A DNA stretch of 64,000 nucleotides. It comes from Lama glama (taxonomy: Eukaryota). The notes under the pieces are model-generated. The model was not told the DNA's origin and searched no databases. It saw only the letters and a list, made by a program, of their open reading frames with translations. Below, one piece after another: positions 1 through 12,298 of the stretch. The stretch is from contig CM052817.1 in assembly GCA_028534125.1 (NCBI GenBank), forward strand, positions 15,502,001 through 15,566,000, in the 5' to 3' direction. The position numbers and the translations under genes are program-made. Within the stretch, counting starts at the first letter, position 1; every line of letters starts with the position of its first letter.

Positions 1-33
1 CAGCCAAGTTGTCACATGAAATTAACCATCACA
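1..33 (-). mobile_element. Terminus of an MLT-type (ERVL/MaLR) LTR, cut by the window edge
   Basis: ccaagttgtcacatgaaattaaccatcaca is the typical MLT2-like terminus and resembles the end seen at about 21890-21914. Confidence 0.6.
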
Positions 34-49
34 ATTATCTAATGACATT

Positions 50-175
50 CTAAAGATAAAGAAATCGAGGAATAGGGAAATAATTTGCCCAAAGCCACAC
101 AGCTAATTAATGGTGGAGCCAGGATTCAAAACCAGGCAATCTGGTTCCAGAGCCCATTCTCCTAAATACCATACT
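50..175 (-). mobile_element. MIR SINE
   Basis: taatttgcccaaagccacacagcta...ggagccaggattcaaaaccaggcaatctggttccagagccc is the MIR core in reverse. Confidence 0.85.
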
Positions 176-189
176 ATTTCAAATTTCTC

Positions 190-567
190 ATCTCTAATAC
201 TGAACTCGTTATGTGCTTGAACCCCCTCAAAACTTGGTTCTCCTTCTGTGTCCATCACACCGTTGGAAAGAATGATTCTAATTACTTGCCCTAGTGGTCT
301 ACTTAGAGGTCATTTTTAACTGTTCTCTCATATCCAATCAACTGTTATTATTTCAATCACCTAAATTCATCCCTACTCCAAATTTCCAAAGCTATTACCT
401 TAATTTTCACCTCTGTCCTTTCTCACCACAATCTCTTTTGTAAGGAATGTTGCAACTAGAAGTACCTGATGATTTCCTTCAACTATACATACACTTTTTT
501 GCATACACTATTTTCTCCAGCCTGGAACACATTCCTACCTCCCTGCCCATATACATTCATGTGCATG

Positions 568-599
<32 letters not shown>

Positions 600-870
600 C
601 ACACTATCAACCTAGGTTGTATTGATCAATTAACGCCTCAGGTAAGAAATTGTTTTTCTACAGAATCATTTATTGACCTACTAAGACCCAGTAAATTGGT
701 CCCTTTAAAGACTCCCACAGCTTCATTTCTCAGTGCATATCACTTGCAGTCAGATTACCTGGCTTAATTACTTGTCACCTCCACTAATTAATATGCTCCT
801 TGAAATCTTCCATATTTGGTCTAGTGCCTGTATACAGTTGTCACTCAATAAATTATTGTTTGTTGAATAC
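190..870 (+). mobile_element. L2 LINE fragments including 3' end
   Basis: Ends with ctagtgcctgtatacagttgtcactcaataaattattgtttgttgaat, the L2 3' tail; pyrimidine-rich degenerate body. Confidence 0.6.
568..594. repeat. (CA)n microsatellite
   Basis: Direct inspection. Confidence 0.95.
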
Positions 871-1819
871 GTTTCTTTGTTCTTCTCACACAACCACCCC
901 ATTTCTCTTGAATTTGTAACATCCAACTCAGGCACGACATACAGAAGTAACAGGTTCAGGTCAGCATGCAGCATCATGAAAAAATGTAAGGGAAGTGTGC
1001 ATTGCTTCTGAATGTTTAAAAATACACCCTGTCTATTGTTTTATGGTTAGATAATGTGCAGAGAGTCTATGCTTTGCCACATGAAACTGATGATCCACTG
1101 GATCAGTCAGGAAGGTACTGAGTTTCATCTAGGTTAATGAGCAAAGCAACCTCAAGAGGAACTCATTTCAGATTGTCAGCATTATCCATGAAAGCCAAAG
1201 TGGACAGGTCACATGAGAAATGGAAATAGGAGGTATTCTGGTATTCTGTTGAGCCTGGATTAGTGAAAGGAGAAACAGGGCCAGAGTCCATGATTGCAGG
1301 AAAGGAATGGAAGAGATGGACCAAAGATAAAAGAGGACAAAGGTTTGGTCCTGTGGACAATTTTTCCCTTTTTTAATCATTAAAGAACTGAAGTCTAAGA
1401 AGTAGTAAAGGCAGGACCTCAAGACTTTGGGAAAGTATATCTTAAATTTATAAGCATAAGGCAATCTACTGATCATGTGTGGCCAAGTTAAAGTTTGCCT
1501 TGGTTGGAGCTTCAGGGCTACTGAGCAAAGATCAACATTGGTCACAATAAACTCATGAAATTGTGAGCTGAGACTACCACTGAGAGACAATGGAAGGTAC
1601 TGAAAACAACAGTAGAAGTTTGGTTTTCCTTGATGATTTTGCCCAGAAATACATTAGAAGTCCTTTCTTCCTGACTTTTTAAAATAGAGTCTTCCTATCA
1701 TCAAAGCCTGGTTTATAGGAAATATTTCTAGGTACAAAATGTTTATTTTTACTTGCTTCTCTCTGTTATTCCTTTAGAATCTCCTCTTACCCCGCTCGAC
1801 TCTATCCCACACCGTAACA

Positions 1820-2055
1820 GTTAAGACCATAAACCCTGCAGACAACGCCTGGGATAAAATCTCTCCTGTGTCACATCCTAGACAGTCGAGCTTGGGCAAG
1901 TTGCTCAAACTCTCTATACCTTGGTGTCCTGGTTTGTAAAGTTAGGAAAATGAAAGTGTCTACATATCAAGTTGTTGTGAAAATTAAGCAGTTAAGTACA
2001 TGTGGAGTCTTGGAAGGGTGGTTTGTAATAAATTCTGTGTAGTGTTAGCTATTGT
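1820..2055 (+). mobile_element. MIR SINE
   Basis: gttaagacc...cttgggcaagttgctcaaactctct...tgtaaag...gttgttgtgaaaattaa...gttagctattgtt. Confidence 0.85.
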
Positions 2056-2149
2056 TTTTCAGAGTTAGACACGCTTTCATATGCTTGAATAATACTTTAT
2101 GCATAGATCTAGCACATTCCAGTCCCACTGTATCTTATCTGTACATTGT

Positions 2150-2260
2150 CCCACTGACTCGGGAGCACTTTGAGGGCAGGTACACTCTCTATCCTGCTGA
2201 GTGGGTAGCAGTGCTTGGTACTTCCTAAGTGTGAAATGCATGTTTATTTATCAATTGATC
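2150..2260 (+). mobile_element. L2 3' end fragment
   Basis: ccactgactcgggagcactttgagggcagg...agcagtgcttggtac. Confidence 0.6.
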
Positions 2261-2489
2261 CCCATGAGATATACAATGTCACTTTTCTGTGTCTTCCAAT
2301 GTGTGAAAGGGATATGTTATGGTTTCACAACCTCTTAAAAACTTGAAATAAATGAAGGGATACAAAAGTCCTTCACAAACTCCTGGGTCCATGCCACCAA
2401 GAGCAAAGGGGAGTGCTTCAAAATGTGATTCTGAAGTTGCTTTTGCTTTATTTAAAGTCCCAGTATATTACAGTAATTAAACTGCCTCA

Positions 2490-2580
2490 TGACCTCATTG
2501 AAATCCTGTAAGGCTTAATTAATGTTTGTAAAGTCTTTTACAATCCTTAGATGAGAGGCACCAGGAATCATTATTATTAT
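2490..2580 (+). mobile_element. Ancient CORE-SINE 3' tail (MIR1_Amn-like)
   Basis: aggcttaattaatgtttgtaaagtcttttacaatccttagatgagaggcac...attattattat resembles the amniote MIR tail ttaatgtttgtaaagcgctttgagatcct..gatgaaaggcgc. Confidence 0.55.
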
Positions 2581-2829
2581 CACTGATGCCATCTTAAATG
2601 ACTGCAAACAGTTTGCTTCACTTGGATTTGCTGATTAAATCCTAGCTATGACCATGCAGAAACACAAGGAAAATTCATTTCCACAATGTAGCTCAGCCTG
2701 TCTCATTCAGAAGTAGACAGAAATAATTTTTTCAAGGCACTATTTAAATAATGAAAGAAGGGATAAAGGCAAAAGCTTGAGAGTAGGCCATTGGTCTCCG
2801 CTGTACCATCTTGCAAAATATCTTCCCAT

Positions 2830-3050
2830 GCACTTTGGAGCCAGGCAGATATGGGTTGGAAATCTGGCTCTATAACTTAACTTCTTTGAAACTTTGGGAA
2901 AATTACTTAGTATCTCTGCCTCCCCTACTAATCTGTAACCTTTGTGGGGAACATGGGCTATTTCTGTCTATATTGTACAAGATTTTTTACCCACTGCTTA
3001 GCATACAGTCTGTCACCTGGTATGTGTTCAAGATGTATTTTTAATGTATA
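2830..3050 (+). mobile_element. MIR fragment followed by L2 3' end
   Basis: cactttggagccaggcagatatgggttggaaatctggctct (MIR head); ccactgcttagcatacagtctgtcacctggta (L2 tail). Confidence 0.65.
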
Positions 3051-3319
3051 AGTGATTATATGTATAACTATTCATATTGGACAATCAGTACACAGTATCA
3101 TCATCATCATCATCATCATTTAAAAGACTGATCACCTCAGTTTTTTCGAGGGCCACCATTTCATTATCTAGAATGACTTATTTTCCCAGTGTTCTGGATA
3201 ACTGGACTTTACTGTGCTATTTCCATGACTAACAATTCTAATTTTGAAGGGCACTCCATTGTGACATCATACAAAGACTTTTACCTAAGATATCCTATTT
3301 ACCTAATGTTTATTTAGCT

Positions 3320-3985
3320 CTGTCCCTCTATTATCTATTGCTATTTTTATCTATTAAAAATACTTCAAAATTTAGTTGCATATCACATCCACTTTTTAAT
3401 GCCCACATTTCAAACAAGGAATGTCTCATCCCGGCTCCCTAATGACTGGGACTCAACAGGGCTGGCTCAAGGTGGCTGGATTTAGCTGGACAGCGTAGTG
3501 AGGGCTATATGTTAAGGGCCTATTTTATCAGTTGCATTTTATCAGTTTTAATGTGCATTGAAGAACATATATTGTGTCTCCACATAGTGTCTCCTGGCAC
3601 TAGAATATCCAGGACGGTTTCATAATTCAGAAATCTGGTCCCTGGGTCGGGATGACTGAGACAAAATGGGCTGGCGAGTCATCCTTCTCTCTCCACGCGT
3701 GCAGTCTCTCCATCGCTATCTAGAGCTTCCCTAAAGAACGGCGTTTTCAGGACTTCTTCCTTGGCAACTGGCTTCTCCCAGGGTGAGCTTTCCAAGAGGC
3801 ATAGACGGAACCTGCACAGGTTCTTATAACTTAGCCTAAAAAGTTCCGAATATCACTCTCACCACATTCCACTGAGCAAGCAAGTTACTTAAGGCATCCC
3901 AGGTTCACGGGGAAGAAGTTAGTAGACTCCACCTCTCCATGCCAGGAGTTGCAAAGAATGTATGTTCATCTTTTATCTTCCCCAT
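3320..3985 (-). mobile_element. Old MaLR solo LTR (MLT1 J/K/L-like)
   Basis: tatctattgct...aaaatttagttg; ggcaactggcttc; ttataacttagcct; cactctcaccacattccactgagcaagcaagttact; actccacctct...gcaaagaa. Confidence 0.75.
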
Positions 3986-4084
3986 AAGAGAAAAAAGATT
4001 TCCTCTGAAAATCATCATAAAGAATTCTGTTCTCTTAGCCATGCTTCTTTCTAATGGGTACCTGACTGATCCACTTCAGAGGAT

Positions 4085-4260
4085 TAGGAGAGATGGATTA
4101 TAAATTTGGTTTTGCCACTTATCAACTGTGTGACTTTGAACACATCTCTTAATCTTCCTCAACTTGTCTCTTTATCTATTGCATAGGAAAATAACCTCTT
4201 TTATCCATGTGTCACTAAGTTGTGGAGAAGATGAGATAATAGAAGGATAAAAAGATAAAA
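4085..4260 (+). mobile_element. MIR SINE (degenerate)
   Basis: ttgccacttatcaactgtgtgactttgaacacatctcttaatctt...gttgtggagaagatgagataat. Confidence 0.7.
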
Positions 4261-5289
4261 ATTTAGAAATTCTACATATTGCCAGTGTCGTTGTTAGTAA
4301 AATATAGGAAGGAAGCTAGAGTCACCAGCTTTCCAAGTCTAATTAGAAGAGTTAATTTGTTAGCTGCCTTGAGTTCCTGGATTCACTAAGACTGAGACTG
4401 ATAGGAATCAGAGACCAAGTCATAGTTCATTCGGTCTGGAGGCCAAACTTTACCTTCAGAATTGAGGCCTTAGTCATATCTGGGTTACACAAGACTATAT
4501 GCTGTATCCATCTCAAAGGGGATGATGGATAACGTGATGACTTCCTGTGAGAGTAACTAGTAAAACTGCTCAACCATCTGTGTCTTTTTATCAGTGTAAA
4601 GCTTTTTAATTATGAAAGTGAACTGTTAATTATTTGTTCACTGAGTGAACAGAAAACCTTAAGTCTTTACTTTTTGCTAGCAAAAAACTGGGGAAGGGAA
4701 AATATATCCAAACGAGCCATTTAACAGAACCTGGGGTAGAGCTGCTTCTCTGACCCCTAATGTCTATATGGCATCAAGGTGGTGTCATGTAGTGTGTGGT
4801 TTCCAAAACTGGGGGTCTTCCCTTTGTTTTGTGCTTCTGGGCATGTTTTTCAAAAGTTGTATATTCTCGGATTATTTCTAGAAAGATAGAGTTTTCCTTG
4901 AATAATGTTTCAATACAACAAACATTTGAACCTAGTAAGGCAACGTGGAAGAGAGCAAATGGCACCAGCCTAGTGGCACAGTACTTGGGAAAGAACCCTG
5001 AACTTCAATGTCTTTTGAAGACAATGATGTCAGACTATTCAAATTGCTGGGGCTTTCAAATGGCATGTTTCTGTGATCCCATTTTTCTAATATATGGACG
5101 TTAAAGAGTCTGAAATTATGTAATTGTAACAAAGTCCAAATTTAAATTCAAACAGTGAGATTATCTAGCAAATTCCTACTGTGATAGAATACCGGGTGCC
5201 CTGATTTGACAGATTTCCAAGTGGTAAGACTCTATATTCACTTGAGATCAGAAAGAAGGGAAAAATGCTGACTCCTAACAAGCCCCCAA

Positions 5290-6830
5290 CATGTAGATTC
5301 TACCACCCCTGCTTAATTCTCATCCCTTTCCATGCATCAAAACTCTTCTTAGACTTCCTTGCAGCTAAATCCCATGTCGCCTTTCCAAGCTTATCTTCCT
5401 TGACTTTTGGCAACATTTGACCCTGGTGGCAGGATTCTCCTTCTGAAACCTTCTCATTCTTTGGTTTCTGAGACACAACCCTCTTGGTTTTCACCCTAGA
5501 GCTCTGGCTAAATCTTCATCGTCTTTTTCATGGTGTTCCTTCAATTGCCCAGTCTTGAAATGCATTTGTAATATAACCCTCTTCTCTACACACACTCCTG
5601 GAATGCTCTTACTCATTCTTAAGGCTTCAATTATCATCAATTTGACGTGCATGACTCATAAACATTTACTGAGTGCCTTTTGTTTTTCAGAGACTATAAC
5701 TTGATGTTCTAAATATAAAATCCATAGCTTGGTGCTGCTTTATGCTGAGCTCCAGACATGCAGATGTAGCTGCATACTTACAGATCCAGGACACAGCAGA
5801 ACTCCTGAGTACAGTGGTCATGGCCTATGTGTGCAGCTCTCAGTCTTCCGTAATGTATGACTCAAGGTCAGCTTGTCCAAAATTCAACTCCTCTTCCATT
5901 CCCCAAGCAACTATTGCTCCTCTTGTGTTTTCTAGCTCAGTGAGTGTTTCAAAACTGGCAAGTTGTGAAATCACTCTGAGTTGTCAGGATCTTCAACTTA
6001 AAGAAAAAAGAAATTACAAACCAGCCTTAAAGGAATGTAGAGATGATTAAGGGAAATAATACACGTAAAACGCTTGTTCTAATATCTCATATGGTGAATG
6101 CTCAATGTTGATTACTCTCAAATCCCCACTGACATCCAGGCTAGAAGTCAGGGCCTTATCTTTGACTTAAAAAAAATTTTTTTTCAATTTCTTCAGCAAG
6201 TTCAAACAAAACTTTGTCTTCTTACAAATCTTCAATCTTATCAATTCTACCCTTGTATTACCACTACCTAGTTGAACCATGATTATATTCCTATTTCAAA
6301 CTGCTAATTCATTTTCTTAATCCTGGCCGTGCTGGGTTCCCCCATCTTTCATACCTTTTTTTCACTGAACTTTCAAAGTACTGTTATATATGCTGCAGGT
6401 CTGTCTGATACTCAAGCACCGGCTTTCCATGGCTTCAGGACAAAATTCCAAAACCTAAGAGTGGCATGCCAGATACTTCAGGACATGGTTCCTTTCATCA
6501 GCCACCACCCTACACTCTGACCCAGACAAATTCGACTGCTTTTAGTTCTCTTGTCACAAGCTGCTTCTGCTGCTGGAAATGCCCCTCCTTCTCTCTCTAA
6601 CTTACTGCCACTTATCTTTCAGAATTTAGCTCACAGATCATGTCTTCCAGGAAACTCTTTCTGGACACTGAGACTGGGTGAGGTGTCTGTATCTCTTACC
6701 ATCACCTGGTAATGGTCTAAGGTCCTTGAAGCAGAAATTTCCTCTCACCCACCTTTGTACCCCCAGTGCCACACAAAAGCCCTGAAGTGAGTATATTTGC
6801 GGAAGCAATAAATGAATGAAAATTTTACCA
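5290..6830 (+). mobile_element. Fragmented L2 LINE (small MIR piece at about 6020-6120)
   Basis: ccttctgaaaccttctc..ttggtttctgagacacaaccctcttggttttc; 3' tail tttgtacccccagtgccacacaaaagccctg...aataaatgaatgaa. Confidence 0.7.
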
Positions 6831-7694
6831 TTCAATTAAATGCTATGCAAGTGATGACTATAGCTATAACATCTCTATAAAGAAGGAATTGTTTGAACTT
6901 GGTCGGGGGGGCATAAGGACAATCCGTGTCCCCTTTTGGGATCCTAATGGTCTGAATATGTTAATGGAATGGTGGATTGTCAGAGAGAAAACTGCTTGCA
7001 TGAGATACTACAGAGCCTCTATAGGGTCACAAACTCCAAAGGCAGTGTTTCTAGAACAAGACTTCAAGAATTCCAAGACTTTTGTTTAAAGTTTTATGTT
7101 CAACTTGGACACAAGTAGAAATAAACAAAATATACTATAAGAACGTACCAACTTGTATCTGTAATACAAGAATTTTTAGTGCCAACATTAGCTTTTCTAT
7201 AATGCTATTTTAATTATTGTGTGATAATGAGAAGAAAAAGAAAGGGGGAAATGATTTAATACATAAATGTTGTTTTTACATGACGTGTAGGCCAAATTAC
7301 ATCAAGTTTCATCGAATGAAAAAAGCATACAATATCGTGTAGAGGGGAAAATGGTGGAGGAATTTTACACACGCCAACATCATCCCTCACAGTACATTCA
7401 TGCTGTTACTTTTAGTTTGTTTTGTTTGTTTGTTTGTTTGCATTTAACTTATAAACTTATTTTTGCTTTATATTATATAAGAGCTTTAAACCTATAAATA
7501 GTTAAGAAACACTCTAATAAAAATTAACTTAGTATGATGCTAGAGACCTGAGAGATTCTCTCTTTTAAAATAATTTGCACTTTACTCAGGATGGAAAAAG
7601 ACTGTGTTAATGAAAAAAAGGATCAGGGCATAACAAGCCTTCTTGGTAATAAATGCCTCCTTGTCAGGGTGAAATGATTTCTCTCTTAGCCCAG

Positions 7695-7900
7695 CATGTG
7701 CACACGTACAACTATACCACACACACACATGCACACACAACCACATAGAGATAACACAGATAGATGCCACACAAGAACACACACAACACACACTTATACC
7801 TAGACATACAGCAGCACACATGACACACTAACACACACATATCTGCAGGTATCACAAATAACCCCATGCACAAAGGAAACACACATTCGTACACACACAC
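7695..7900. repeat. Degenerate CA-rich low-complexity tract
   Basis: Interrupted (CA)n runs; the source of the spurious Cys/Val-rich ORFs. Confidence 0.85.
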
Positions 7901-7964
7901 CCTTCTGCCATAAATTTGTATCTGCATTATAAAGAGACAATAAATACAAATGGAGGAGGCTGTT

Positions 7965-8230
7965 TCACTAGAGTTTAGCACAGCATTTTTAAGAACGAGG
8001 CCTCTGGAATCAGACTGCCAAGCTACCAACCCCAGTTCTGCCCCATTCTAGCTGAATGGCCTTGAACACGTTTACTTAATGCTCAGTCCCTCACTCTTCC
8101 TGTCATTACGTTGAAAAAGATAGTGATTATCTAGCTCATAGAATTGTTCAGAGAATCAAATGCACTATTGCATGTTGAGAAATTTAACGCTCTGTTGGCA
8201 CATAGGAAGGAAGCAGTAAATGGTGATTTC
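7965..8230 (+). mobile_element. MIR SINE, near full length
   Basis: ggcctctggaatcagactgcc...cccagttctgcccc...ccttgaacacgtttacttaatgctcagt...ggcacataggaag...agtaaatgg. Confidence 0.9.
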
Positions 8231-8231
8231 T

Positions 8232-8276
8232 TAGATAGATAGATAGGCAGACAGACAGACAGGCAGACAGGCAGAG
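8232..8276. repeat. (TAGA)n/(CAGA)n compound tetranucleotide repeat
   Basis: Direct inspection. Confidence 0.85.
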
Positions 8277-8379
8277 AAAGCACTCTTTGAGATCCTGTAA
8301 GAGTTGTAACACCAAAGAGAGTTTTTCCCTTCTCTGTCAGAGAAAGCGAGAAACCTGGGAGCCATCCCTGTAACATCTT

Positions 8380-8790
8380 GCAGTTCTTCATGGCCTGTAT
8401 TCAATCTATCACCAGTCCTGATTTTTCCCCTCTGAAACTCTCTCAGATTGATGCTTCCCTTCGTACCTCAGGTGGGCTGAAACAAGAGGCTTATCAGTGC
8501 TTTCCCCACATCTATTCTTTTTGGCTCACTGCAACCAGGCAGCCCTTTTTCAAAAAAGCACACATGTCCATGTATTCCCCATAACACTCTGACGACCCCC
8601 CATTGCTTTTAAGGTAAAGCTTTGCCCAGTCTAGCCCCTCTCTACTTCTCCAACCTTCTGATTGGGTCCAGACACTCTTCTAAATTGTGTAGCAGTCCCC
8701 TGTTGAAAGCTTATTAAGAACAAGGGCGATCTATTTCAGTTAACCATTGTCTCCTTGTCATCAAGTAGCAGCCTCTTTAAATGTTGATTG
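8380..8790 (+). mobile_element. L2 fragment
   Basis: attcaatctatcaccagtcctg...cactgcaaccagg...ccccattgcttttaaggtaaag. Confidence 0.55.
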
Positions 8791-10419
8791 GCTGGACGAG
8801 AAGCACATGACACTGCCTTGGCACATCAGCAGAGGAATATGAAAAATGGTGCCCAGTGGAAGAGACAGTGATGCTTGATATGGTAGGATGGTACCCTGTG
8901 GTGTGTCTCAGTGTCTAGTGAAAATCAGTGGTATAAAGTGTTACTCCTATGGTGTACCACTGATGCTTCAGCATAAATGTCTGTTTGGAGTAAATGTAAC
9001 CAACAAAATTGTTAGCAGTGCTCAATGAACATATTGGTTTCCAAGTAGGGATAACAGATTAAGAGAAGCGATTATGTTTGTTTGCTTGCTTGTTTGGTTG
9101 CTGGTTTGTTTTAAATCTGCAGTTTCTGAAAATATTTATCTGTGAACACAAAGATGATTCAACCTGGCTCTTCCTAGTTATATATAGTAGGGTCATTATA
9201 TCCCACTATAGTGGTTGCTATAGAGCTGAATCTCACTTTTTTACCAAATGAAATAAAAGATGTGTGTTGGTCTGGTTCTCTGACATGCATGCTAATAAAA
9301 AAAGACTATACCCACATATCACAATTTTACAGAGTATTGAGGTCACAGAGCCATACCCAGGGCAGTTTCACACATCACTTAGCTCAGGCCACAATAGTGA
9401 ATGAGGATAAATGTCACTGGTTTATCAACTGTACTTTCCCTTGGTTCCATGGAGACATACCTGCAAAGGCGAGGTGGTCTAAGGAGGTCTAGAATGATGC
9501 ATTGTTAAGTTTGAGATAGTGCTCACAAATTTCCTCACATATGCTCTCTTTGGGGATGAGAAGCATTGATGGGTTTTATCTGAATATGTTCTAACTAAAT
9601 ATGATATATATTCAATTCGTCAAATCTTAATCAGCTTACTTATCTCTGGTCCAAACATCCTCTACACACATAGGGATACAGGGATAACACTATATCCCAC
9701 TACAGACATCATCTTAAAAATGTATCATAAACTAAATTTTTGTTAAACATGTGTATTTTTTCCATTGACTTATATTAGTTTTTCCAAAAGATCTTAAACT
9801 CTTATTTTTGGTGTATAGTCAATTCAAAGTAGTTCCGATTCTCCATTTTTGTGTATTAACTTCATTTTCTCTCCAGTTTAACCTCATCCTATAAAGTAGT
9901 TAACGATCTGATAACTAACAGCTGAATGCACTGGCAAATCCTGATATTTCAATAATTCCTCTGTGAACTTTCTTATAAAGTGAACAATATCTCTGCCATA
10001 AAAACGATCCTCCCCAGTTATTGTTTTGTAGACTTTCAGAAAAACGAAGCTATTTTTTTAAACAGCTGGGAAATAGTGGATTTTCTGGCTATACATATAT
10101 TTATTAATGAAACTTATTGTGAACACTGTATATATAGATTACTAATTTGTTCAGAATGGACATATTTCTCCTTATCATGAAAATAACAGGAAAGATATTT
10201 ATTTTCTTCCTCTTGTCACTTCATAATTCTGCTATATTTGAGAATCAGTAGTCATACTACTATAAAACAAAGTGTGTATTTTATTTAGGTACTGTTCATC
10301 CGATTTTTCTGAAAGGAGGTGGCACTTGATGATATCCCAGTAATCACTTTGTTATGTGATCTGGTTCTTTTTTCATATGCTTTAATTCTTCTACAAGTAG
10401 AGCCAATAATTAATACCTT

Positions 10420-10487
10420 CACTCATTTATTCATTCAATTATTCAACAAATATGTACTAGCAATTACCATGGGCTAGGCATTATCTA
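10420..10487 (-). mobile_element. L2 3' tail
   Basis: tcatttattcattcaattattcaacaaatatgtactagcaattaccatgggctaggca. Confidence 0.7.
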
Positions 10488-11742
10488 ACAACTTTATTGA
10501 TTGTCATGGTTGACAATAAACTACATGTATTTTAGTGTACAATTTGACAAAATTTGACATATGCTTATCCCTTTGAAACCAATGCCAGAAAATATCCATC
10601 ATCCCCCAAAGTTTCGTTGTGAGTATGTCATCATCTACCCCAAATCCCCCTCACCAGGCAACCACTGATCTGTCTGTCAATAAAGATTAGTTACACTTTC
10701 TAGAGTTTTATATGAATAGTGTTATACAGTATTTAATCTTTTTTGGTCTCTTTTCTTTCACTCAGCACAATTTTCTTTCAGAGTCATCCACATTTTTGAG
10801 TGTATCAATAGCTCATTCCATTTTATTGTTGAGTTGTAGTCCATTGTATGGATTTACACGATTTTGTTATCCATTCATCTGTGATGGACATTTGGGTTAA
10901 TTCTAGTTTTAACTAGAATAAATAATGCTGCTATGAATATTCAAGTACAAGTCTTTGAATGAACCTACATGTTCAACTCTCTTAAGTAAATGTCTAGCAG
11001 TAGAATGATCATACTGTAGATATATGTTTAATTTTTTTCAATGTATTTTTTTTTCCAAACTGGTTTTAGCATTTTATATTCCCAGGAACAGTATAGGAAA
11101 TTTCATCTGCTCCTCATCCTTACAATATTTCATATAGTTAGTCTTAAATTTTAGTCATTCTAATAGACGTGCAGTTGAATCTCATTGTGGTTTTAATTTG
11201 CATGGACCTAATGACTAAGGGCATTGAGCATCTTTTCATGTGCTTATTGAGCCATCCTTTTTTCTTCCTTGGTAGAGTATTTATTCAAATATTTTCCCAT
11301 TTTGTTATTGGGTTGTTTGTTCTCTTGTTTTTGAGTTTGGAGAGTTTTTTATATAGTCTTGACACGGTCTTTTATTGATATATAATTATTAAAAATTTCT
11401 ACCAACCTGTTTTTCTTTTCACTCTCTGAACTGTGTCCTTCAAGGAACAGACCTTTCTAATGTCGATATAAGTCTAATATATAAATTTTTCCTTATATGG
11501 ATCAGGAGTTTGGTGTTGTATATAAGAAGCCTTTGCTTATTCAAAGATCACAATTATTTCCTCTTATTTTTTTAAGGAGTTTTAAAGTTTTGGGTTTTAT
11601 ATTTAAGCCTGTGGTCTATTTTTAACTTCTGTATATGATGTAAACTATGGACTGAAGTTCATATTGGGGTCATGTAAATATCCATGTCCAGCACAACTTC
11701 TTTAAAAAAATATATATTTTTTCCCTTTTTTGGGAAATACAT

Positions 11743-11780
11743 TGTGTGTGTATATATATATATATGTGTATATATATGTG

Positions 11781-11815
<35 letters not shown>

Positions 11816-11839
11816 ATAAATATATATATATATATATAT
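11743..11839. repeat. Compound (TG)/(TA) microsatellite inside L1
   Basis: Direct inspection. Confidence 0.95.
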
Positions 11840-12259
11840 CTGCACTTTCTATGTTGTTCCATTAATTTATCTTTATATCAATACTAAACTGTCTCAATCA
11901 CTATAGTTTTATAACAAATCTTGACACCTTCCCTTTCAAAGTTGTTTTGGCTATTTTAGGTCTTTTACATGGAGACAGAATTTTAGAATTATCTCATCAA
12001 TTTCTACAATATAGCTTGTTGAGATTTTGATTGAAATTCTATTGACTCTACTGTTCAATTTAGGGAAAATTGACATTGTAATAATACTGAGTCTTCAGAG
12101 CCATGAGCGTAGCATATCTTTTATTTAGGGTAACTGCATCTCACCAATGTTTTGCAACTACCATGTACAGTTACTGCATGTAATTTGCAGATTTTCTCCT
12201 ATGTAATATGTTTTCACATTATTCCAAATAGTATTAATTTTTAAATTCAAAGTTTTGAT

Positions 12260-12261
12260 TG

Positions 12262-12296
<35 letters not shown>

Positions 12297-12298
12297 AT
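12260..12298. repeat. (TA)n(TG)n microsatellite inside L1
   Basis: Direct inspection. Confidence 0.95.

Noticed and set aside
1168..1590. 140-aa minus-strand ORF
   Set aside because: Non-ATG start, no homology that I recognise, no exon-like boundaries
7582..8029. Cys/Val-rich ORFs (similar ones at 11659-11887, 18394-18679, 21351-21590)
   Set aside because: Translations of CA/TG/TA microsatellites
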